A stretch of 39,747 nucleotides of DNA, from positions 1 through 39,747 of IMG/VR virus record IMGVR_UViG_3300005058_000160; one strand, 5' to 3'. The DNA comes from a virus (taxonomy: Duplodnaviria; Caudoviricetes). The notes under the pieces were generated by a model that worked only from the letters and a program-made list of their open reading frames with translations, was not told the origin of the DNA and ran no database searches. Position numbers and translations under genes: made by a program. The first letter of the stretch is position 1; the number at the start of each line of letters is the position of its first letter. Positions 26,341 through 33,992 of this stretch are shown in pieces.

Positions 26341-26811
26341 TCAATCCGTGCCGGTGGCGATCAGTTCGCCCTTGAGGTAGATCTCCCAGCTGACCGGCTC
26401 GCCGATCTCCGGCAGGGGCGGCTCGCCGATGTGCCGGCATTCGTAGCCGCCGGGCACGGTATCAACGAGGACGCGCTCGGAAAGTTCCAGGGTGAGGGCG
26501 ATATCGACCTTGTCGTGATCGATGACTTCCGCCTCGAAGCTGACCAGGCGCTCGCGCAGCTTTTCATCCAGCAACAGGTTGGGCTGGTTGGCCTGTACCC
26601 AGACGAGCAGCGGCACGATCAGCGTGTCCGGCGATTCGGCGAAGTCGGTGACGATCAGCTGCAGCTGGTAGTGGTATTCGAAGCCCAGGCCGGCGCCGAC
26701 GCGGGTGGCGATGCGGCCCTTGTCGATGAGGACGTGCAGCTTGTCCGGGTTGCTGGCGAGATCGGGAAGCCAGCGGGTGAGGTGGTCGCGCAGGTCGATG
26801 GGCTTTTTCAC
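26341..26811 (-). CDS. R: Tail completion protein gpR
   Basis: MKKPIDLRDHL...NPDKLHVLIDKG...FEYHYQL...LSERVLV. Confidence 0.92.
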   Translation of the reverse strand: MKKPIDLRDHLTRWLPDLASNPDKLHVLIDKGRIATRVGAGLGFEYHYQLQLIVTDFAESPDTLIVPLLVWVQANQPNLLLDEKLRERLVSFEAEVIDHDKVDIALTLELSERVLVDTVPGGYECRHIGEPPLPEIGEPVSWEIYLKGELIATGTD

Positions 26812-27332
26812 CGGGGATCCTCCAGCACCTGGTAGCGGCGCTGCCAGGCTTCTACCTGGGCAATGGCTTCGAGGCAGGCGGCGTAGTTTCGGCTGACGGT
26901 GTCGAGGGCGGCAGCGTCATCAACCGGGCCGGCGGCTGCAGCATCCAGGGATCCGGCTTCGGCAGCGGGGGCTTGCCCGCGGGCGGCGAGGTCGTGGCGC
27001 AGGCGCCAAGTGCCAGGCAGCACAGCGCGTTGAGCAGGGGGAGTGACTTGGACATAGCGGGTGACCTCCTTGGTGATGACGCGGGCGTTTTCTTCACGCC
27101 AGGCGCGCAGGGCAGTGTTTTCGCCGAGCAGGCGGTCGGCCTCGTCCTGCCGCGCGACGATCTCGCCGGCGTAGGAGATGGCGATGTCGCGCTGGGCGGC
27201 GGCGATGTCGCCTTCGGCAACGCGCCGGCCGTGGCTGTAGGTGGCGAGCAGCAGGCCGGCGATGGCGAGGGCGACGACGGACCACTTGACGACAGCAGGG
27301 CTGAGGCCGGAAACGAGGGCGAGCGGGTTCAT
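26808..27332 (-). CDS. Inner-membrane spanin (Rz-like)
   Basis: N-terminal TM segment followed by a coiled coil; directly after the endolysin; starts MNPLALV. Confidence 0.75.
   Translation of the reverse strand: MNPLALVSGLSPAVVKWSVVALAIAGLLLATYSHGRRVAEGDIAAAQRDIAISYAGEIVARQDEADRLLGENTALRAWREENARVITKEVTRYVQVTPPAQRAVLPGTWRLRHDLAARGQAPAAEAGSLDAAAAGPVDDAAALDTVSRNYAACLEAIAQVEAWQRRYQVLEDPR
26852..27055 (-). CDS. Outer-membrane lipoprotein spanin (Rz1-like), fully embedded in the i-spanin gene
   Basis: MSKSLPLLNALCCLALGA|C lipobox, Pro-rich mature part, AGGAGG RBS, alternative reading frame. Confidence 0.8.
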   Translation of the reverse strand: MSKSLPLLNALCCLALGACATTSPPAGKPPLPKPDPWMLQPPARLMTLPPSTPSAETTPPASKPLPR

Positions 27333-28132
27333 GCTGCGTCCTCGGCGGGGTGGCTGTAGCGCTCGAAGGCGCGGGCCAGCTTGATGTCGTAGAGGTTGGA
27401 CTTGTAGGCCGGGCCGTTGTAGAGGCGGGCGAAGTCGGCCCACTTGCGCGACTTCAGCGCCTTGAGCAGGCCGGGCTGCGATTCGACGAAGCGGACGAAG
27501 GCTTCGAGCTGCACTGATTCGCTGCAGTGCATGGCCCGGACGAAGGCGTCGACACTGGCGTAGGCGAGCGCCTGCCAGTGGTAGCCCATGATCTGGAACT
27601 GGCCCCAGGAGCAGGCCTGCAGGGCGATGTCCGGGGGGATGACGCTCCTGGCGGTGGCGAGGCGGGACCACTCGGCCGAACCGCCGGCATAGCCGCCACG
27701 CTCGCGGCTGACCAGGTTGGGGTAGCGGATGGCGGCGCGCTCGGCGGCGGCCTGGTCGTGGTCGGCGAGCAGGCGCCAGGCGATGTGGCGCTCGTAGAGG
27801 ATGACGGGGCGGCCGTCGGGCAGGAAGCCGGCGCCGCGGCTCTCGACTTCGTTCACGGCCTTGATGGCGGCGACCGGCACGCCGAGCCGGGCGGCAGCGG
27901 CTTCCAGGTCGGCCTCGGCGAGCAGGCGGGGGTCGCGGTTGCGGGTGCTGAGGGCGGCGATTGTCTTGGGGCCGGCGATGCCGTCGGCGACGATGCCGGC
28001 TCGATGCTGGAAGGCGATCAGCGCCTGTTCCGTCTCACTGCCGAACCAGCCGTCGGCGGTGATGCGGAAGCCGGCGTCGATGAGCAGGCGCTGTAGCTGG
28101 CGGACGTTGCTGCCGATGTCGTCTTTACGCAT
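27329..28132 (-). CDS. Endolysin: peptidoglycan-binding domain plus N-acetylmuramidase (DUF3380-type)
   Basis: DGWFG..TE.AL.AFQ...ADGIAGPKT; AVNEVESRG, ILYERH, SWGQFQIMGYH, FARLYNGP.Y. Confidence 0.92.
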   Translation of the reverse strand: MRKDDIGSNVRQLQRLLIDAGFRITADGWFGSETEQALIAFQHRAGIVADGIAGPKTIAALSTRNRDPRLLAEADLEAAAARLGVPVAAIKAVNEVESRGAGFLPDGRPVILYERHIAWRLLADHDQAAAERAAIRYPNLVSRERGGYAGGSAEWSRLATARSVIPPDIALQACSWGQFQIMGYHWQALAYASVDAFVRAMHCSESVQLEAFVRFVESQPGLLKALKSRKWADFARLYNGPAYKSNLYDIKLARAFERYSHPAEDAA

Positions 28133-28415
28133 GGCGGTCTCCGATCGGCGTCTTGATGAGGTGGCGCAGCCGGCGCTCGCAGAGCAGCAGCAGGGCGATG
28201 CCGAGCAGGATGAGCAGGGTCGGCAGATCGACACGGCCACCGCCGAGCACAGTGAGGATGATGGCCAGCGCACCGCCGGCGAGCAGCAGCATGGCGTAGC
28301 GGATCATCCAGTGGGTGCCGGATCCCATGCGCGACAGGGCCGGCTCGGCTCGCCAGAGGATGGCGATGGCGGCAACCAGGGCGGCGAGGTTGAGGAGCAG
28401 GGCGGCGAGGGTCAT
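28125..28415 (-). CDS. Holin/antiholin-like membrane protein
   Basis: About three hydrophobic segments; immediately before the endolysin. Confidence 0.7.
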   Translation of the reverse strand: MTLAALLLNLAALVAAIAILWRAEPALSRMGSGTHWMIRYAMLLLAGGALAIILTVLGGGRVDLPTLLILLGIALLLLCERRLRHLIKTPIGDRHA

Positions 28416-28771
28416 GCAATGTCCTCCGCTTTCTTCTGGGCGTGGCGCAGCAGGGCCGGGCCGATGACCTTGTGGGTGAGAAAGCCGAGCACCAGGGCGC
28501 CGGGGAATCCGGCGGTCAGTGCCGGCACGGTGGGCGGCCACCAGGCGAGGCTGGTGAGCCAGGTGATGATGGGCGGGGTGATCCAGGCGGCAACCAAGGC
28601 GGCGATGATGCCGCTGGTGATGCGGTTACGTAGCGTCAGCTCGGGCAGGTAGGAGTTGTACCACCAGCAGCCGACGAAGCCGGCGACGAGCAGCATGGGG
28701 TGCAGGCCGGTGACGACGCCGAGAATGGTGAGGCCTCCAGTAGCAAGGATGGGGGTTGCGGGCTCGGACAT
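28412..28771 (-). CDS. Holin-like membrane protein
   Basis: Multiple TM segments and a charged C-terminus; lies between X and the endolysin. Confidence 0.7.
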   Translation of the reverse strand: MSEPATPILATGGLTILGVVTGLHPMLLVAGFVGCWWYNSYLPELTLRNRITSGIIAALVAAWITPPIITWLTSLAWWPPTVPALTAGFPGALVLGFLTHKVIGPALLRHAQKKAEDIA

Positions 28772-28773
28772 GA

Positions 28774-28983
28774 CTAATCCCAGAGTTGAATGGTCTTTTT
28801 TTGCGGCGCCGGCTGGCTGGCGGGCAGGCTGACCGGTGTGCCAGCCGGCAGCGTGGCGCCGTGGGCGGCGAGGCCTGGGTTATCGGCGAGCACGGTTTCT
28901 ACGGCGGCACTGCTGCCGAGGTGACGCCAGCACAGGCTGTCTACGCTGTCGCCCTGGTTTGCGCGGACGGTGACGCTGTCCAT
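28774..28983 (-). CDS. X: Tail protein gpX
   Basis: QGDSVDSLCWRHLG...NPGLA...IQLWD. Confidence 0.93.
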   Translation of the reverse strand: MDSVTVRANQGDSVDSLCWRHLGSSAAVETVLADNPGLAAHGATLPAGTPVSLPASQPAPQKKTIQLWD

Positions 28984-29444
28984 CAGATGAGATCAACCGT
29001 GCTGCGCGGCTTGCCGAGGATGTCGGATATCGCATGGCGGTAGTCGCGGCGGCAGTCATCCAGGATGTTGCCGATGTCCTCGGTCTTGCGCTCGCCCTTG
29101 GCGGTGGTGTCGAAATCGCGCAGACGCTCTATCAGCATCGCCTTGGCCAGGCAGCCGACGGCGCGGAAGTAGCGATGGACGAGGATGCTGGTGCCCTCGA
29201 TCTCCGGCGCGCCGACATCGGCCAGTGTCGCGGATCCTTCGGCGACACGGTCCGCCTGCCAGGCCTGCAGCTCATAGTTGGCGTTGGCGATGGCCTCGAA
29301 AAGCGCGCTGCGCAGGCGCTGCGGGGTGACGGTGTTGTCGATGCGCTGTTGCTCGCGGATCTCGACGGGGTCGATCTGCGGCCAGAACGGGCCGGAGCTG
29401 ATCGGCGGTTCGCTTTTCGTGGAGGTGGGCGCTGGGATGATCAT
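28983..29444 (-). CDS. L: Head completion protein gpL
   Basis: FWPQID...RIDNTVTPQRL, Y.RAV, RDFDTT, AISDILGKPRSTVDLI. Confidence 0.92.
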   Translation of the reverse strand: MIIPAPTSTKSEPPISSGPFWPQIDPVEIREQQRIDNTVTPQRLRSALFEAIANANYELQAWQADRVAEGSATLADVGAPEIEGTSILVHRYFRAVGCLAKAMLIERLRDFDTTAKGERKTEDIGNILDDCRRDYRHAISDILGKPRSTVDLI

Positions 29445-29472
29445 GGTGGCGCTGGCGGGTGATTGACGGCCC

Positions 29473-29530
29473 ATGGTCGGCCACCCTGCGCGCGCGCGAA
29501 AGCGCCGCCAGACCTAGGCCGGAGCCTTAG
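29473..29530 (-). promoter_or_regulatory. Additional late-type promoter upstream of L
   Basis: CTAAG-N10-AGG...CGCGCGCGCGC; -10-like GACCAT 47 nt after CTAAG, the same geometry as the F and V promoters. Confidence 0.65.
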
Positions 29531-29811
29531 GCGAAGCGGCTTGGATCGACGCGCAGCGAGCCTTCGGCGACGGCCGGCAGCGGGGCGCTGACTTCCCAGC
29601 GGTAGTACCAGTGGCCGGCGCGATCGAGCGGCAGGATGTGACGGTACTGGCCGAGCGAGATGCGTGCCGGGTTGTCGATGGTGACCACCGGCAGGCCGGG
29701 CGGCTTGATGAGCAGGCGGATGGCGGCGGCGTCGATCAGCGCGCCGGCGGCGTCGGTGATCTGCAGGGGAAGGGTGGCGGAATCGCCGATGATCCAGGTG
29801 TCAGTGAGCAC
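29527..29811 (-). CDS. Small beta-rich (Ig-like) protein, insert gene 6
   Basis: GTG start after GAGG; IGDSATLPLQITD...GQY...AGHWYYRW beta-sandwich pattern. Confidence 0.7.
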   Translation of the reverse strand: MLTDTWIIGDSATLPLQITDAAGALIDAAAIRLLIKPPGLPVVTIDNPARISLGQYRHILPLDRAGHWYYRWEVSAPLPAVAEGSLRVDPSRFA

Positions 29812-31441
29812 GGGTAGCCTCGTGGCGCAAATGGATGGTTCGCAGGGCCGGGGCGCGCAGGGTGGCGGGTCGCTGGCATCCGGCTGCCAGGCGCAGCGGG
29901 GCGACCGGGATGTAGTCGGGGACGTCGACCAGCCCGGCGCTGCCGCCGGCCTGGGCGGTGCCGAAGGCGGCCAGCGGGATCTCGATCGAGAGACCACCGG
30001 CGCCCATGGCCAGGGCAAAGCCGGCTGCGGTGAGGGTGGCGGTGATGCTGAGCGTGGCCTGGCCGGATGCCTGGGCGCTGCCGATGGCGGTGATCTGATC
30101 GGCGGCGCTGAGGGTGGCCGAGGCCTGGCCGCCGGATTGCGCGCCACCGGAGGCGGCGAGATTTACCTGCAGGGAGGGCCAGGCGGCGCCACCGGCAACG
30201 GCCTGGCCGAAGGCGGCGAGCGATCCAGCGGCGAGCAGCTGCCCGGCGGCGGCCCCGCCAGCCTGGGCGTTACCCGTAGCGGCGAGATTAACGGTGACGG
30301 TGAGCACGGCGGCGCCGGAGGCTTCGGCGGTACCGGCAGCGGACAGGACGCCCGGCGCGCCGCCGGATAGGTTTGCGGCGCCCGAGGCCTGCGCGGCACC
30401 GCTGGCCAGCGCCTGCAGCTGCGCGGCGAGCTGGGCGTTGCCGGCGGCTTGCGCAGCGCCGGCGGCTTGCGCAAGGACGGCGGCCGATAGGCCGGCTTGA
30501 CCGGCTGCCTGGGCGAGGCCGGCGGCGGTGATGGCGACGGTGGCGCGAGCATTGGCCTGCCCCCCGGCAACGGCGATGCCGGCGGCGGCCAGCGGGACGG
30601 CGACGGCGGCATTGGCCTGGCCACCGGCGACAGCGACGCCGATGCCGGCAAGGGCGACCTGGGCGGCTAGCTGGGCGGTGCCTGAGGCTTGGGATTGGCC
30701 GGATGCCAAGGCGTTGAGGGTTGAGCCGCCACCAGCACCCAGATCGAAAAACGTTACCCGGCGGCGCGGGCGGAAGATTTGCCAGGGGTTGTCTGTGTAA
30801 CGCCGTATTTCACCATCGGAAATGGCGCGCTTCCAGAAGGCAGTCATCAGGACATAATCAAATGCCGCTCCTGAGTAAGCGCCGATGTAAGCGAAACCTG
30901 AGCCGGGGCCATTGAATGTACCTTCGTTAGAGTCCTTCTCGCCGCCGACCCACAATGTCTGCTCCCCGTACTTATGCCGAGCCACTATAGTCGTTGGCAC
31001 GGTTGGTATCGGTATATTCCCGCCAACATAGCGTGTGCCGCCGGCAAGGTAGGCACGAAGACGCACTGTGGCCGCAGTCCCTGTGCCGAACTCGATGCCG
31101 TAACTGAGTGCGTTGGCGAATTGGGCAACAGAGGCTGGCCAGCGAGACGATACCGACGCGCTCTTGCTCCAGGCGACAGTTAATAGCGTCACGTCGTCCG
31201 ATGGCGCACAGCCAGAAAAGTACCGTTGCCCTAACCCCCAACCACCGGTAGTTCTGCCGAGCGCTACACCATGCTCAGTCACAATACGATTTGTGGATGA
31301 CAGCGGCACGCCTTCTGGCGATGCCCCGTAGCGGCTGCCAGTAGACGGCAGTATCACAGCAAGGGCATCTGAATCCAGTTCTAGAGAGCCAATAGGTTGC
31401 CGCGTCCAACCTCTCCGCGACGGGACAATGATGTAGGCCAT
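29801..31441 (-). CDS. Fibre-like protein: N-terminal LamG/concanavalin-like domain plus Ala/Gly repeats, insert gene 5
   Basis: Domain ends with LWVGG...FWKRAISDGEI (LamG-like W/Y-x-R-A-L-S-x-x-E-I), followed by about 14 repeats of a roughly 20-aa unit. Confidence 0.75.
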   Translation of the reverse strand: MAYIIVPSRRGWTRQPIGSLELDSDALAVILPSTGSRYGASPEGVPLSSTNRIVTEHGVALGRTTGGWGLGQRYFSGCAPSDDVTLLTVAWSKSASVSSRWPASVAQFANALSYGIEFGTGTAATVRLRAYLAGGTRYVGGNIPIPTVPTTIVARHKYGEQTLWVGGEKDSNEGTFNGPGSGFAYIGAYSGAAFDYVLMTAFWKRAISDGEIRRYTDNPWQIFRPRRRVTFFDLGAGGGSTLNALASGQSQASGTAQLAAQVALAGIGVAVAGGQANAAVAVPLAAAGIAVAGGQANARATVAITAAGLAQAAGQAGLSAAVLAQAAGAAQAAGNAQLAAQLQALASGAAQASGAANLSGGAPGVLSAAGTAEASGAAVLTVTVNLAATGNAQAGGAAAGQLLAAGSLAAFGQAVAGGAAWPSLQVNLAASGGAQSGGQASATLSAADQITAIGSAQASGQATLSITATLTAAGFALAMGAGGLSIEIPLAAFGTAQAGGSAGLVDVPDYIPVAPLRLAAGCQRPATLRAPALRTIHLRHEATRAH

Positions 31442-31444
31442 GGG

Positions 31445-31888
31445 TCAGGCTGCAGCGGCGTCGGTGCAGGGGGTGAATTCCATCACCCAGCCGGCGCTGA
31501 CGGTCTGTCCGGTGCCGTTGTTGTGCAGGTAATAGGCGGCTTTCCACGGCAGATCGCGGGCGATTACCTCAGCGGTCTGCACGGTGGTGACGTTGTTGAC
31601 GACGACGCTGCCGATATACACGGTGGGGCGCGTGGCTTCCGGCACCTCGGCGTCGCTGGTGCCGATGATGTCCAGCGGCTGAGCGTAGATCGCCAGCACG
31701 GTGCCTTCGGTGGGGGCCGTCGCGAACTGGAACTGCACGCCGATGCGGGCCTCGGTCATGCCGCCGGCGTCGGCGAAGATGTCGTAGATGGCGTCGTCGG
31801 CCTGAGCCAGCGCGTTGTTCGCAATGGCGGCGCCGTTGGCTTCGAGGGTCTTGGGCGAGCCCTTGACGAGGATGCGCTCTCCGGCCAT
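31445..31888 (-). CDS. Hypothetical beta-rich protein, insert gene 4
   Basis: 147 aa, GGAGG RBS, tightly packed in the operon. Confidence 0.75.
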   Translation of the reverse strand: MAGERILVKGSPKTLEANGAAIANNALAQADDAIYDIFADAGGMTEARIGVQFQFATAPTEGTVLAIYAQPLDIIGTSDAEVPEATRPTVYIGSVVVNNVTTVQTAEVIARDLPWKAAYYLHNNGTGQTVSAGWVMEFTPCTDAAAA

Positions 31889-31889
31889 A

Positions 31890-32387
31890 TCAGCCTCCCT
31901 GCAGGGTCATGCGGCCTTCGGCGACGTTGAGGGCGTCGCTGATGGCGTTGTAGTGGATTGGATCGGGCTGCTCGGCGCGTGCCTTGATGGCGGTGACTGC
32001 GGTGCCATCGACGATGCCGAAGTTCGCAAGCGAGTCGAGCAGGGCGCGGGTGGTCGGCGAGCCGATGTCGAGGCCGTTGGTCTTGAGCCAGGCGACGCCG
32101 CGGCGGATGGCGCCGTAGAAAGGCTGCAGCGGGGCGGGGAGTTGGTCGGCGCCGGTGATGGATTCCAGCGCCGACAGGAAGGCATCGCCGGCGACTGGGC
32201 CGAGGACGTCCAGGATGCCGCGCTCGCCGATCTCGTGCGGGGTCAGCGTCACACGGCCGGCGCTGAGGATGGCGGCGATCTGGACGTCGTTGCGGACCGG
32301 CAGCAGGGCGTCGATTGCGACGATCTCGCCGGGCGTGAGGGCGCGGCCGGCGACGGCTTCGAGGGCGGTTTGCTGGGCGGGGGTCAT
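31890..32387 (-). CDS. Hypothetical helical protein, insert gene 3
   Basis: 165 aa, tightly packed in the operon. Confidence 0.75.
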   Translation of the reverse strand: MTPAQQTALEAVAGRALTPGEIVAIDALLPVRNDVQIAAILSAGRVTLTPHEIGERGILDVLGPVAGDAFLSALESITGADQLPAPLQPFYGAIRRGVAWLKTNGLDIGSPTTRALLDSLANFGIVDGTAVTAIKARAEQPDPIHYNAISDALNVAEGRMTLQGG

Positions 32388-32391
32388 GGGC

Positions 32392-32907
32392 TTAGTTGTC
32401 GATCTGGAACTGGAGTTGGCCGGCGGTGAAGCTGACCGTGAATCCGGATCCGCTGACGTTGAGCGGGGTCGTCAGGTTGATGCAGATCCAGCTATTGCCA
32501 CCGCTGGCCGCGTCATACCAGCGGACGCTTTGCAGGTTTCCCCAGGCGCCGGTGCTGGCGGTCCAGGTGATGGCGTTGTTGTTGCTGGTTGTGCCGCCGG
32601 TGCCGGTGCTGGCGGTGGTGCTGGCGGCGGCTTGCGTGCCGGCCCAGTTGGCGAGGCTGGAGGCGACGGCGACGCGGGCGTAGGCGTTGCCGACGGGTTC
32701 GGTGCCGGCGCCGGCATCGGTGCAGGTATCGGTGGCGAGGCCGATGTGCATCGTCGCCGGAGCGCCCAGCGACTGGCCGCGCAACAGGGCGTCGACGACC
32801 TTGTTCTCGGCGAAGTTGGTCAGCGCCTGGGCGTGGGCGAGGCTGCCGCCGAGCAGGCAGAGGGCGCCGATGAGGATGGCGGCGAGGGTGTGGCGGATGT
32901 TTTTCAT
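32392..32907 (-). CDS. Phage fibre/structural-type protein with an N-terminal signal peptide, insert gene 2
   Basis: MKNIRHTLAAILIGALCLLGGSLAHA|Q, then ALTNFAENK...YARVAV...WG...DAASGGN; AGGAG RBS. Confidence 0.8.
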   Translation of the reverse strand: MKNIRHTLAAILIGALCLLGGSLAHAQALTNFAENKVVDALLRGQSLGAPATMHIGLATDTCTDAGAGTEPVGNAYARVAVASSLANWAGTQAAASTTASTGTGGTTSNNNAITWTASTGAWGNLQSVRWYDAASGGNSWICINLTTPLNVSGSGFTVSFTAGQLQFQIDN

Positions 32908-33149
32908 TGCGGTGCTCCTAGGGGTTTGTAGATGGTGGTGACTTCGCGGCCCTTGAAGAGCAGCGGGGGAATCCAGCGCGGACGGGGCTTGATGGGGACG
33001 TACTCTTTCTTGATCAGCGTGCCGTCCTGCAGCTCGATGTAGATGGCGAAGTGCGGGAACCAGCCCCAGTGGGATTTGCGGATGACGAGGTGGTCGCTGC
33101 TCCGGGCGTAGCGGGCGGTGCGCAGGGCGTAGGTAAGGCAGTTGTCCAC
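32904..33149 (-). CDS. Small basic hypothetical protein, insert gene 1
   Basis: MDNCLTYAL...RKSHWGWFPHF...PPLLFKG; GTG start; ATGA-coupled to the next gene. Confidence 0.65.
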   Translation of the reverse strand: MDNCLTYALRTARYARSSDHLVIRKSHWGWFPHFAIYIELQDGTLIKKEYVPIKPRPRWIPPLLFKGREVTTIYKPLGAPQ

Positions 33150-33259
33150 TTGAGTCTCGTTGATCTGTCGTGGGTGGTCGGTGGTCGGGTGGCTGACCTA
33201 CGGCAAGGAGGGGACCGGAGGGGCCACCCGAGCCGACCAGGTGCGGGGTACGCTCTTTT

Positions 33260-33943
33260 TCAGCCGCCGGCGGTTCCGGGCGGCGAATTCTTGATGGCCG
33301 TCTCCAGCCGTTCGATGTCCTTCTTGACGCCGACCCTGTCGTGCAGCTGCAGGGCGCGGGTCAGGTAGTCGCGGGCCTTTGGCAGGTCGCCGGCGGCGCG
33401 CAGGGCGTAGCCGTTGGCCTTGAGCAGCTTGGCGCGGACTTCGTCGGGCATGTCGCATTTGGCCGTGGCGCCCAGGGCCTGGGCGATGTGCGGCTGCAGG
33501 GCGACGAGTCCCGCTTCGTCCTGCTTGAGCGCGTGGTCGGCGATTTCCTCGGCCAGCACACAGGTCACGTCGCGCTTGTACTGGTCGGGCATAGTCAGGC
33601 CGTGGAGGATTGCGTAATTGACGATGCGCAGGGCCAGGTCGAAGTTGCCGATGTCGATGGCCCAGACGAAGACAGTCATCAGGACGTCGTCCTGGCGGCC
33701 GCTGCCGCCTTGAAGCACGCCTTCGATCCACGGCAGGTATTCGGGCAGCAGCTGGGCCTTGACTTCGGCCTTGCGCTCCATGGACTGGACGTCTTTGAGA
33801 CGGCGCTTGTCTTCGGCGAGCTTGTAGAGCATGAGCTCGTAGGCGTTGGCGGCGTTGCGGTCGATGGCCTGGCTGCCGTCGTCGGGCTGCTGGGCGGCGG
33901 CCATGTGGTGCTGGAAGTGGGCCTTGCAGGGGGTCATTACCAT
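33260..33943 (-). CDS. M: Terminase endonuclease (small) subunit gpM
   Basis: LKDVQSMERK, QDDVLMTV.VW.ID.G, DMPDEVRAKL, VGVKKDIERL. Confidence 0.93.
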   Translation of the reverse strand: MVMTPCKAHFQHHMAAAQQPDDGSQAIDRNAANAYELMLYKLAEDKRRLKDVQSMERKAEVKAQLLPEYLPWIEGVLQGGSGRQDDVLMTVFVWAIDIGNFDLALRIVNYAILHGLTMPDQYKRDVTCVLAEEIADHALKQDEAGLVALQPHIAQALGATAKCDMPDEVRAKLLKANGYALRAAGDLPKARDYLTRALQLHDRVGVKKDIERLETAIKNSPPGTAGG

Positions 33944-33957
33944 GGTGCTCTCCTTGC

Positions 33958-33980
33958 AGGGGCGGCATTACGCCGCCCCT
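33958..33980 (-). other. 9-bp hairpin between N and M
   Basis: AGGGGCGGC-ATTAC-GCCGCCCCT with no T tail on the coding strand; probably an mRNA-stabilising or attenuating structure. Confidence 0.55.
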
Positions 33981-33992
33981 TTCCATTCGCTA

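Noticed and set aside
21341..29500. Recurrent CGCGCGCGCG runs as microsatellites or Z-DNA elements
   Set aside because: They occupy the spacer of the late promoters and are better explained as part of that motif.
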